NCBI RefSeq assembly: GCF_000270205.1 | Contig: NC_015913.1 | Location: 210,001-242,000, forward strand | Reading direction: 5' to 3' | DNA: 32,000 nt | DNA from: Candidatus Arthromitus sp. SFB-mouse-Japan | GTDB lineage: Bacteria > Bacillota > Clostridia > Clostridiales > Clostridiaceae | Shown: positions 19,460 to 27,446 of the stretch, piece after piece | Numbering within the stretch: the first letter of the stretch is position 1 | How the letters are laid out: the number at the start of each line of letters is the position of its first letter | Notes under the pieces: generated by a model | Database searches by the model: none | What the model was told of the DNA's origin: nothing | The model's input: the letters and a program-made list of their open reading frames with translations, nothing else | Program-made: the position numbers and the translations under genes

Positions 19460-19473
19460 AATTATAATGAATT
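19447..19473. promoter_or_regulatory. perfect 13-1-13 palindrome overlapping the -10 box and start region of the mtl promoter
   Basis: AATTCATTATAAT-A-ATTATAATGAATT. Reverse-complement identity was checked base by base. It lies 26 nt upstream of the mtlA ATG. The sequence feature is certain and its function is unknown. Confidence 0.4.
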
Positions 19474-19498
19474 ATGAGATATTAAAAGGAGAAATAAA

Positions 19499-21343
19499 AT
19501 GGGTAATTTTAAAAGCAAAGTGCAAAGATTTGGGAAGTTTTTAAGCGGTATGGTGATGCCAAATATTGGAGCATTTATTGCTTGGGGTCTTATAACTGCA
19601 TTTTTTATTCCATCAGGATGGATTCCGAATGAAACTTTTGGAAGTTTAGTTGACCCAATGCTTAAGTATTTGTTACCTCTTTTGATTGGTTATACTGGTG
19701 GTCGAGCTGTCGGAGGTACACGAGGTGGAGTTATTGGAGCGATTGCAACAAGTGGAGTTATAGTTGGATCAGATATACCAATGTTTATCGGTGCTATGGT
19801 TGTAGGGCCTATAAGTGGATTTGTAATTAAAAAATTTGACAATTATGTGGAAGATAAAATTCCTTCAGGATTTGAAATGCTTGTAAATAATTTTTCTATA
19901 GGAATTTTGGGATTAATATTAGCTATAGTATCACTTATCTTTATAGGACCTATTATAACAATATTGACAGGATTTTTATCTGTTGGAGTTTTTACAATAA
20001 TTGAAAAGGGATTACTTCCTCTTGTGTCTATATTTATTGAACCTGCAAAGGTTTTATTTTTAAATAATGCAATTAATCATGGAGTATTAGGGCCTATAGG
20101 TATTAATCAGGTTCAGGAAGTTGGAAAATCTATATTATTTTTATTAGAATCAAATCCAGGACCAGGACTTGGTGTTATACTTGCATATTTTGTATTTAGT
20201 AAGGGCATGGTGAAACAGTCAGCAACTGGTGCTGCTATTATACATTTTTTCGGAGGAATTCATGAAATATATTTTCCTTATATTTTAATGAATCCTATGC
20301 TAATACTTAGTGTTATACTTGGAGGAGTTAGTGGGGTTTTAATATTTTCTATATTTTCAGTTGGACTTGTGGCTACGCCTTCTCCTGGAAGTATATTTTC
20401 GATACTATTTTTAGCAGCTAAGGGTGATGCTTTTAAAATATTACTAGGGATAATGGTATCAACTGTAGTTTCATTTTTAGTTAGTGGATTTTTTATAAAG
20501 AGAACTTCAGAAGATGATTTAAATAAGGCAAAATCTGGTGTAAAAGATCTAAAAAATAATTCTTCAAGTGTGGTAATTGATTTTTCAAATATAAATAAAA
20601 TAGTGTTTTCTTGTGATGCTGGAATGGGTTCTAGTGCTATGGGAGCATCAAAGTTTAGAAATAGACTTAAAAAAGAAGGTATTAATATAGAAGTTTCTTA
20701 TTCTTCTGTAGATAGTATACCAAGTGATGCTCAAGTTGTTGTAACGCATGATAATCTCAAAGATAGAGTTTTAAATGCAAATAAAAATTTACAGGTTATA
20801 GGAATACAAAACTTTTTAAATGATCCAAATATTGAGAATTTATTTAAAAATATTTTGGAGAATGGGAGAAAAAATGATAGTGATAGTCCATCAAATAAGG
20901 GAAATCATAAAAATACTCAGGATATTTTCAATGAGAATAATATTATTTTAAATGCTTCAGTTAAGACTAAGGAAGAAGCTATTGAAATGGCAGGAAAACT
21001 TTTATTTAAAAATGGCTATGTTAAAGAAGATTATATAGATGGAATGCTTAGACGTGAATCTTTAGTATCAACTTATATTGGTATGGGGGTTGCGATTCCG
21101 CATGGAGAGAATGATGTTAAAAGTAGTATTATAAAGAGCGGTATAACATTTATTCAACTTAGAGATGGGGTTTGTTTTGGAGAAGATATGGCTTATTTAA
21201 TTGTTGGTATTGCTGGAGTTGGAGATGATCATATAAAAATACTTTCAAATCTCGCTGAGATTATTGGAGATGAGGAAAATTTAAAAAGACTTAAAGAGAG
21301 TAATAGCAAAAAAGAAATATTAGATATAATTTTAAGAGAGTAA
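19499..21343 (+). CDS. mtlA: PTS mannitol-specific transporter, fused EIICBA
   Basis: 614 aa. The N-terminus VQRFGKFLSGMVMPNIGAFIAWG is typical of EIIC-Mtl. EIIB motif SCDAGMGSSAMGAS. C-terminal EIIA (type 2) with GMGVAIPHG. Confidence 0.95.
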   Translation: MGNFKSKVQRFGKFLSGMVMPNIGAFIAWGLITAFFIPSGWIPNETFGSLVDPMLKYLLPLLIGYTGGRAVGGTRGGVIGAIATSGVIVGSDIPMFIGAMVVGPISGFVIKKFDNYVEDKIPSGFEMLVNNFSIGILGLILAIVSLIFIGPIITILTGFLSVGVFTIIEKGLLPLVSIFIEPAKVLFLNNAINHGVLGPIGINQVQEVGKSILFLLESNPGPGLGVILAYFVFSKGMVKQSATGAAIIHFFGGIHEIYFPYILMNPMLILSVILGGVSGVLIFSIFSVGLVATPSPGSIFSILFLAAKGDAFKILLGIMVSTVVSFLVSGFFIKRTSEDDLNKAKSGVKDLKNNSSSVVIDFSNINKIVFSCDAGMGSSAMGASKFRNRLKKEGINIEVSYSSVDSIPSDAQVVVTHDNLKDRVLNANKNLQVIGIQNFLNDPNIENLFKNILENGRKNDSDSPSNKGNHKNTQDIFNENNIILNASVKTKEEAIEMAGKLLFKNGYVKEDYIDGMLRRESLVSTYIGMGVAIPHGENDVKSSIIKSGITFIQLRDGVCFGEDMAYLIVGIAGVGDDHIKILSNLAEIIGDEENLKRLKESNSKKEILDIILRE

Positions 21344-21352
21344 TAACTGTAT

Positions 21353-23452
21353 ATGAGTAAATTAAAGTTAACTTTTAGACAAAAACAAATAATTTTAATA
21401 CTTATTGATAATTTTAAAAATCCCAAAAGAATAAAAGATATATCAAATGAGTTAAATGTGAGTTCTCGAACTATTATGAGGGAACTCCATCTTATTGAAG
21501 AATTTTTTGATGAGAGGGAGATATTATTTGTTAAAAAAAGTGGGGTTGGGATATTTTTAGATGGTGAGTATGAAAAGATAAATAAATTGAGAGAAGAGAT
21601 GAGCTTAGAATATCCTTTAACTAAATATTCAAAAAATGATAGAGTTATATGTATACTTGAGAATATTTTACATTCAGAAACTAAGAGTACTTTATTTTTA
21701 AATAAGTTTAAGATATCTTATTCTACTTTTTCAAAGGATTTGGATTACATAAAAAGTAAAATTTTAACTAAGTTTGATTTAAAACTTTTAACTAAAAAAG
21801 GTTTAGGGATATATATAGAGGGAAGTGAAGATAAATTAAGAGAGCTTTCTTCTTATTTGTTTTATGAAAAGTTTTCAGGAAGGAATTTGTATTTAATTTT
21901 CCAAAATTATTCTTTGAATTTATATGATGATTTTGGTGGATTGCTTGAGGAACATCTTAAAATTATAAATCAAGTGGTAGAAGAGACTTTTTTATTATTT
22001 AATATAAAGTTATCGCATAAAGCGTATTCATCTCTTATGGTTCATCTTATTGTAACGCTTCATAGGATGAAAGATTCTTATAATTGTGAATTTCCATTAT
22101 CTAAGATAAATGAGTTTAAAAAGGATATAGAGTTTAATATTTCAAAGATGATATTGAATAAATTGGATGAAAAATTTGAAATTGAAGTTAAAGATGGGGA
22201 TATATGTTACATATCAATGCATCTTAAGGCAAATAATATATGCGGTGATAATTATGAGTATAGTGATGATTTTAATTTTGATCGTTTAGATAGGATTAAG
22301 ATTTCAGGAGATATTATATGTGAGGTTCAAAAGATACTTGGAATATCTCTTATAGATTCAAGAGATCTTATAAAAAATTTAAGCCTTCATCTTGGACCTG
22401 CTATAAATAGATTATTTATGAATATGAACATTAGAAATTCATTTTTAGGGATGATGAAAACAGAGTATAAGGAAATATTTGATGCGACAAAGAAAGCATG
22501 TTTGGTTTTAGAAAATGTAATATCGAGAGAGGTTCCAGATAGTGAAGTTGGATATATAACGATGCACATAGTTGCAGCTTACGAAAGAAAGCTCCAATTA
22601 AAATTTAAATATAGAGTTTTAATATATTCAGAGGGAGAGAGGGGGGTTACCTCCTTTTTATATAATAAAATAACAAAGGAATTTCCAAATGTTGTTATTG
22701 TAAATACGATTGATTCTTTTGATGAACTTAGGAATTCATATGATGAAAATATAGATTTTATTATTTCAACAAGTGATATAAAAGATAATATGAACTATAT
22801 AAAAGTTGGTGTTGATTTAAGTATAAGTGATATATTAATTATAAATGATAAGATAAAAGAAATATTTAAATTAAAGTCCAAAGCTATTAAGAATGTAGAA
22901 AATAAGAATAAGTCATTAGATATAGATGTGATAAATTATTTAGGAAATATGATTAAGTTTATAGAAGAAAACTTTAAGGTAAATAAAATTGATACATATG
23001 GATCAATACAAAATGTAATCAGAGATTTTGTGTATAAAACTCTTTCTTATAATAGGGATGAAATATTTCATGAAATATTAAGAAAAGAGATGATATCGAG
23101 TTCTTATGTAAAGGAATTAGGGATAATAATTCTTCATACAATAAGCAAATTTTCAAAGGATATATATATAGGGAGTTATATATTAAGTAAAGATATACCA
23201 ATTTATAATGGAAATTTAAATATTATTTTTTATTTTATTATACCAGAAGAGTTAAATACGAAAGTTTTAAGGAAAGTTATAGGGGAGTTAACTTCAAATT
23301 TAGTAAAAGATGACACTTTTATAGATATTTTAAAAAAACAGGATATATTGATTATTAGAGAGTATATAAGAAATATATTATCAATTTATTATGTGGAAGA
23401 ATTAAAGGGAATTATAGAGAAATTTGAAAATGGTATCATAAAGGAGAGGTAA
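21353..23452 (+). CDS. mtlR: PRD-containing transcriptional regulator of the mannitol operon
   Basis: 699 aa. N-terminal HTH (KDISNELNVSSRTIMREL). Two PRDs with conserved His residues (VHLIVTLHRM, ISMHLKA, LSLHLGPA, ITMHIVAA). These are followed by an EIIB-Gat-like domain and an EIIA-Mtl-like domain. It lies between mtlA and mtlD. Confidence 0.9.
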   Translation: MSKLKLTFRQKQIILILIDNFKNPKRIKDISNELNVSSRTIMRELHLIEEFFDEREILFVKKSGVGIFLDGEYEKINKLREEMSLEYPLTKYSKNDRVICILENILHSETKSTLFLNKFKISYSTFSKDLDYIKSKILTKFDLKLLTKKGLGIYIEGSEDKLRELSSYLFYEKFSGRNLYLIFQNYSLNLYDDFGGLLEEHLKIINQVVEETFLLFNIKLSHKAYSSLMVHLIVTLHRMKDSYNCEFPLSKINEFKKDIEFNISKMILNKLDEKFEIEVKDGDICYISMHLKANNICGDNYEYSDDFNFDRLDRIKISGDIICEVQKILGISLIDSRDLIKNLSLHLGPAINRLFMNMNIRNSFLGMMKTEYKEIFDATKKACLVLENVISREVPDSEVGYITMHIVAAYERKLQLKFKYRVLIYSEGERGVTSFLYNKITKEFPNVVIVNTIDSFDELRNSYDENIDFIISTSDIKDNMNYIKVGVDLSISDILIINDKIKEIFKLKSKAIKNVENKNKSLDIDVINYLGNMIKFIEENFKVNKIDTYGSIQNVIRDFVYKTLSYNRDEIFHEILRKEMISSSYVKELGIIILHTISKFSKDIYIGSYILSKDIPIYNGNLNIIFYFIIPEELNTKVLRKVIGELTSNLVKDDTFIDILKKQDILIIREYIRNILSIYYVEELKGIIEKFENGIIKER

Positions 23453-23455
23453 AAT

Positions 23456-24589
23456 ATGAAAAGGGCAATACAATTTGGTGCAGGAAATATAGGAAGGGGA
23501 TTTATTGGATATCTTTTAAGTAAGTCTTTATATGATGTTTTATTTGTTGATGTAAATAAAGATATAATAGATAAAATAAATGAAAATAAACGGTATAGAG
23601 TTGTAATTACAGATAATGTAAAGAGTGAGGAGATAGTAGAAAATATACGGGGTATGTATTCTTATGACGAGAATCTCATAAATGAAATATCTAATTCAAA
23701 TATAATAACAACCGCAGTTGGTGTATCGATTCTTCCAAGAATATCTGAGATTATATCAAAAGGTATAATAAAAAGAATTGAGGATGGAAATAGATCATAT
23801 TTAAATATAATTGCTTGTGAGAATTCTGTAAACGCAACAGATGTCTTAAAAAATGAGATTTTAAAATATTTAAGTGAAGATCAAAAGATCCAAATAGAAA
23901 ATTTAGTAGGCTTTCCAAACTGTTCCGTTGATAGGATTGTTCCTCCATGCGATATAGATTCTATAGATGTAAATGTTGAAGAATTCTTTGAATGGAATGT
24001 TGAGAAAGATAAAATATTGGGTGATTTAGATATAAATGGCATGAATAAAGTATGTAATTTACATTCGTATATAGAGAGAAAATTATTTACGTTAAATACA
24101 GCTCATTCAATGACTGCTTATCTTGGATTTAATAAGGGATATGAAACGATTTTTGAGAGTATAAATGATCCATATATTTATAAAAATGTTTGTGATGCTA
24201 TGGTTGAGAGTGGAGAAGGTCTTATATCAAAATACTCTTTTGATAGAGAAGAGCATATGAAATATATAAATAAAATAATTAATAGGTTTAAGAATCCATA
24301 TTTAGTTGATTCTGTCTTGAGGGTTGGTAGAGAGCCTATGAGAAAATTATCAAGAAATGATAGATTTATAAAACCTATATTAACATCAAGTAGTTATGGA
24401 AAAGATATAAATGCACTATGTTTGGGAGTTGCATATGCTCTTAAATTTATAACAGATAAAGATGAGAATAGTCTAAAGATGAAATCTATAATAGATGAAA
24501 AAGGTATAAGGGATGCTATAGTTTATATTTGTAAAATTGATGATGAGGCTATAGTAGATAAAATTGTAAAACATTATGACAATATATAA
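23456..24589 (+). CDS. mtlD: mannitol-1-phosphate 5-dehydrogenase
   Basis: 377 aa. The N-terminus AIQFGAGNIGRGFIG is the Rossmann loop characteristic of MtlD. Also VDRIVPP and the operon context. AAGGAGAGG SD. Confidence 0.95.
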   Translation: MKRAIQFGAGNIGRGFIGYLLSKSLYDVLFVDVNKDIIDKINENKRYRVVITDNVKSEEIVENIRGMYSYDENLINEISNSNIITTAVGVSILPRISEIISKGIIKRIEDGNRSYLNIIACENSVNATDVLKNEILKYLSEDQKIQIENLVGFPNCSVDRIVPPCDIDSIDVNVEEFFEWNVEKDKILGDLDINGMNKVCNLHSYIERKLFTLNTAHSMTAYLGFNKGYETIFESINDPYIYKNVCDAMVESGEGLISKYSFDREEHMKYINKIINRFKNPYLVDSVLRVGREPMRKLSRNDRFIKPILTSSSYGKDINALCLGVAYALKFITDKDENSLKMKSIIDEKGIRDAIVYICKIDDEAIVDKIVKHYDNI

Positions 24590-24597
24590 TTATTAGT

Positions 24598-24632
24598 AAA
24601 TAGGAGTTATTTAATAACTCCTATTTTATTTT
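24598..24632 (+). terminator. Rho-independent terminator after mtlD
   Basis: AAATAGGAGTTAT (24598-24610) pairs perfectly with ATAACTCCTATTT (24614-24626) around a 3-nt loop, then TTTTATTTT. Confidence 0.8.
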
Positions 24633-24693
24633 GCCTTTAATTAGATATTTATAGTATTATTATTCTGTTATTGTAATTTTTGGTGAGGGGCAT

Positions 24694-25365
24694 ATGAAAA
24701 AGGGGATCTTAATAGCATCATTTATTATTATAATTTTGGGTTTCATATTCATCTTTAAATATTTTAATAGAGGGAAATTAGGGCAGGTTATATCAAAGAG
24801 AATAATAGTTATCGATGCAGGACATGGTGGTGTTGATACTGGATCTATAGGATATAGTAATACACTTGAGAAGGATGTAACGCTTAATATTTCATTAAAG
24901 CTTGGTCAAAAGCTTGAGGAAAATGGATTTGATATTTATTACACTAGAGAGGAGGATGTTTCTTTGGGAGATAGCGAGTTTTATGATTTAAATAGTAGGA
25001 TTAAAATTATAAATAATTTGAAGCCAGATGTATTTTTATCCATACATTTAAATGGGAGTGAGTACGAAAGTGCTAGGGGAGTTGAAACCTATACCAGATC
25101 ATTAGATAATAAAAGTTATCTTCTTGGTGAGTGTATACAGGATGAACTATCTTCTATAGAGTATACAACAGATAGAGGAGTTAAAACAACTAAGGATAGA
25201 AGGCTTGCTATTTTAAATAGAACAAAATATGTGGGAGTATTACTTGAACTTGGATTTATAACTAATGAAAGTGATGAGGAATATTTAATTTCAGTAAGTG
25301 GACAAGATATTATAGTTGGTTGTATAGTATCCGGAATTTTGGATTATTTCAATAAAATTCAATAG
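24694..25365 (+). CDS. cwlD: N-acetylmuramoyl-L-alanine amidase (Amidase_3), CwlD-like
   Basis: 223 aa. It has an N-terminal TM anchor followed by IDAGHGGVDTG, EKDVTLNISLKL, FLSIHLN and LLELGFITN. Size and architecture match the germination-specific amidase CwlD. The symbol is tentative. Confidence 0.7.
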   Translation: MKKGILIASFIIIILGFIFIFKYFNRGKLGQVISKRIIVIDAGHGGVDTGSIGYSNTLEKDVTLNISLKLGQKLEENGFDIYYTREEDVSLGDSEFYDLNSRIKIINNLKPDVFLSIHLNGSEYESARGVETYTRSLDNKSYLLGECIQDELSSIEYTTDRGVKTTKDRRLAILNRTKYVGVLLELGFITNESDEEYLISVSGQDIIVGCIVSGILDYFNKIQ

Positions 25366-25377
25366 TGAGGTCATATT

Positions 25378-26715
25378 ATGAAAAGGATGGATCTTTTAAA
25401 TGACGATTTAAAAAAAATATTTATTAGATATTTGATACCAGGAATTCTTTCCTCTTTGGCAATCTCTCTTTATATATTTGTTGATACTATGTTTGTGGGA
25501 ATAGGGGTTGGTAGAGATGGTCTTACTGCTCTTAATGTTACAGTACCTCTTTTTACTTTATTTACATCGATCAATTTATGTATAGGAATAGGTGGATCAA
25601 ATATACTTTCTTTGAATAAGGCAAGTGGTGGAAAAGACAGTAACAAAATATTTACTATTGCATTCCTATTTACAATTATGATAGGAATTATCATATCTGT
25701 TTTAGGTGTTGTATTTACTGATCAAATAGGTAAAGTTTTGGGAGCTACACCTGATATTAGTTATTTATTTAGGGATTATTTTAGAATACTTGTAGGATTT
25801 ACTTGGGCATTTTTAATATCGGGAGTACTTGGATGTTTTATAAGAAATGATGGTGCACCAAAGCTTGTTATGACTGCAACAGTAGTTGCAAATATTACGA
25901 ATGTAGTTTTAGATTATATATTTATTTTTGAGTGGAATTTGGGTATTAAAGGAGCTGTTATAGCGACTGTAATTTCCCCCATTGTGAATATATTGATATT
26001 GAGTACTTATTTTTTTAAAAAGAATAGTAATATAAAATTGTGTAAGGTTAGATTTGATTTTAGGTTATTATCTAGAATTTTAAATAATGGATTTGGAACA
26101 TTTCTTTTAGAGATGAGCAGAGGAATTAGTATATTTATATTTAATAATATACTTGTAAGATTGGGAGGTAATATATATGTTGCATCTTATGGGATAATAT
26201 TAAATGTATCATATGTTATAATTTGTATATTTTCAGGTATAGCGCAAAGTATACAACCTATAGTGAGTATGAATTATGGACATAATTCAATTAAGAGAAC
26301 TAAAACAGTATTTAGATATGGCTTTATAACATCTATTTTTATAGGAGTATCGTCTTTTTTAATTGCACTTATGTTTTCGGAAAATATCTCATCTTTATTT
26401 ATAAATAATGATTTTGAACTTCTATCTATAACAATTTATGGGATGAAGATTTATTTTATAGGATGCATCTTTATGGCATTTAATATTGTAACTATTTATT
26501 TTTTCCAGTCTATAAATCAATCGCAAAAATCTATATTAATTTCATTATGCTCAGGAATACTTTTCATAATACTAGGGTTTTTAATTTTGATTCCTATATT
26601 AAAAATAAATGGAGTTTGGTTTGTATATCCATTTTCAGAATTTTTAGGATGTATTGTATGTTTGTTAATTATAAAAAGAACAAATATTGAAAACAAAAAG
26701 GAGCTTATATTATAA
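25378..26715 (+). CDS. MATE-family efflux transporter
   Basis: 445 aa with 12 predicted TM segments. The N-terminal ILSSLAISLYIFVDTMFVG.G..GLTALNV pattern is typical of MATE/NorM-like proteins. Confidence 0.9.
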   Translation: MKRMDLLNDDLKKIFIRYLIPGILSSLAISLYIFVDTMFVGIGVGRDGLTALNVTVPLFTLFTSINLCIGIGGSNILSLNKASGGKDSNKIFTIAFLFTIMIGIIISVLGVVFTDQIGKVLGATPDISYLFRDYFRILVGFTWAFLISGVLGCFIRNDGAPKLVMTATVVANITNVVLDYIFIFEWNLGIKGAVIATVISPIVNILILSTYFFKKNSNIKLCKVRFDFRLLSRILNNGFGTFLLEMSRGISIFIFNNILVRLGGNIYVASYGIILNVSYVIICIFSGIAQSIQPIVSMNYGHNSIKRTKTVFRYGFITSIFIGVSSFLIALMFSENISSLFINNDFELLSITIYGMKIYFIGCIFMAFNIVTIYFFQSINQSQKSILISLCSGILFIILGFLILIPILKINGVWFVYPFSEFLGCIVCLLIIKRTNIENKKELIL

Positions 26716-26731
26716 ATATGAGCTCCTTTTA
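26696..26731 (+). terminator. possible terminator overlapping the MATE stop codon
   Basis: AAAAGGAGCT (26696-26705) pairs with AGCTCCTTTT (26721-26730) around a 15-nt loop. The T tail is short. Confidence 0.5.
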
Positions 26732-26823
26732 CATGAACTAAATGTTTAAACAATTTAAATATTGTTAACTAATTATGTAAAATTATTGTATAAAGTATTA
26801 AATTAAAGGAATAAATTAGTATT

Positions 26824-26839
26824 ATGAATATATATTCAT
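26824..26839. promoter_or_regulatory. perfect 16-bp palindrome, candidate ArsR-family operator
   Basis: ATGAATAT/ATATTCAT lies 81 nt upstream of the arsR-like ATG and abuts a TTTACA -35-like hexamer (26839-26844). The TGAA...TTCA core resembles known ArsR/SmtB operators. Confidence 0.35.
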
Positions 26840-26919
26840 TTACAAACATACATCTTATATTATATTATTAATATGATAAGTTACAAAATTTAGGAAAATG
26901 AAAGAGGAATAATAGCTTT

Positions 26920-27204
26920 ATGATTATCGCAAATATTAAAGAAGTAGCAGAAATTTTAAGGGTCTTATCTAATGAAAATAGACTCAATATAGTTTGTTAT
27001 CTTCTAGAAAGACCAATGACAGTAAGTGAACTTCATAGTAAACTAAATCATGTAACCCAATCGGCATTATCTCAGCATTTATCAACTTTAAAGGCGCATA
27101 AAATATTAGTTTCTAATAAATCAGGACTTGCGATTACATACTCGATAAATGACCAAAATTTAGGAAAATTAATACAGGTATTAAAGGAAAATTATGGATA
27201 TTAA
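26920..27204 (+). CDS. ArsR/SmtB-family transcriptional regulator
   Basis: 94 aa. Winged-HTH pattern ILRVLSNENRLNIVCYLLERPMTVSELHSKLNHVTQSALSQHLSTLKAHKIL. It lacks the ELCVCDL-type metal site and has only one Cys. Confidence 0.85.
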   Translation: MIIANIKEVAEILRVLSNENRLNIVCYLLERPMTVSELHSKLNHVTQSALSQHLSTLKAHKILVSNKSGLAITYSINDQNLGKLIQVLKENYGY

Positions 27205-27417
27205 AATTCGCTATTGTTAAGTTATAGCTTACAAATAGAGGTAAGATATTTATGATATATAGGAGTTTTAGAAGTTTATTTATAGTTGATGATTAATTAA
27301 GCATGTAGGATTATTTTTAAGAATACGCATGCTTTATTTTTTTATAATAATTTAGGTATACTTGATATGAATGAATAGATATATGGTGTATTCATATGAA
27401 GTTTGCGTAATAAATAA

Positions 27418-27446
27418 AGGAGACCTTTATGGTCTCCTGTTTTTTA
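27418..27446. terminator. bidirectional Rho-independent terminator between the convergent arsR-like and Cys-rich genes
   Basis: AGGAGACC (27418-27425) pairs perfectly with GGTCTCCT (27431-27438) around a 5-nt loop. GTTTTTT follows on the + strand, and AAATAAA precedes it, which reads as a T-rich tail on the - strand. Confidence 0.8.

Noticed and set aside
27252-27296. A 14-codon mini-ORF (MIYRSFRSLFIVDD) with AGAGGT 9 nt upstream, downstream of the arsR-like gene
   Set aside because: It is too short to distinguish from chance in AT-rich sequence. It has no recognisable peptide class and no visible conservation evidence.
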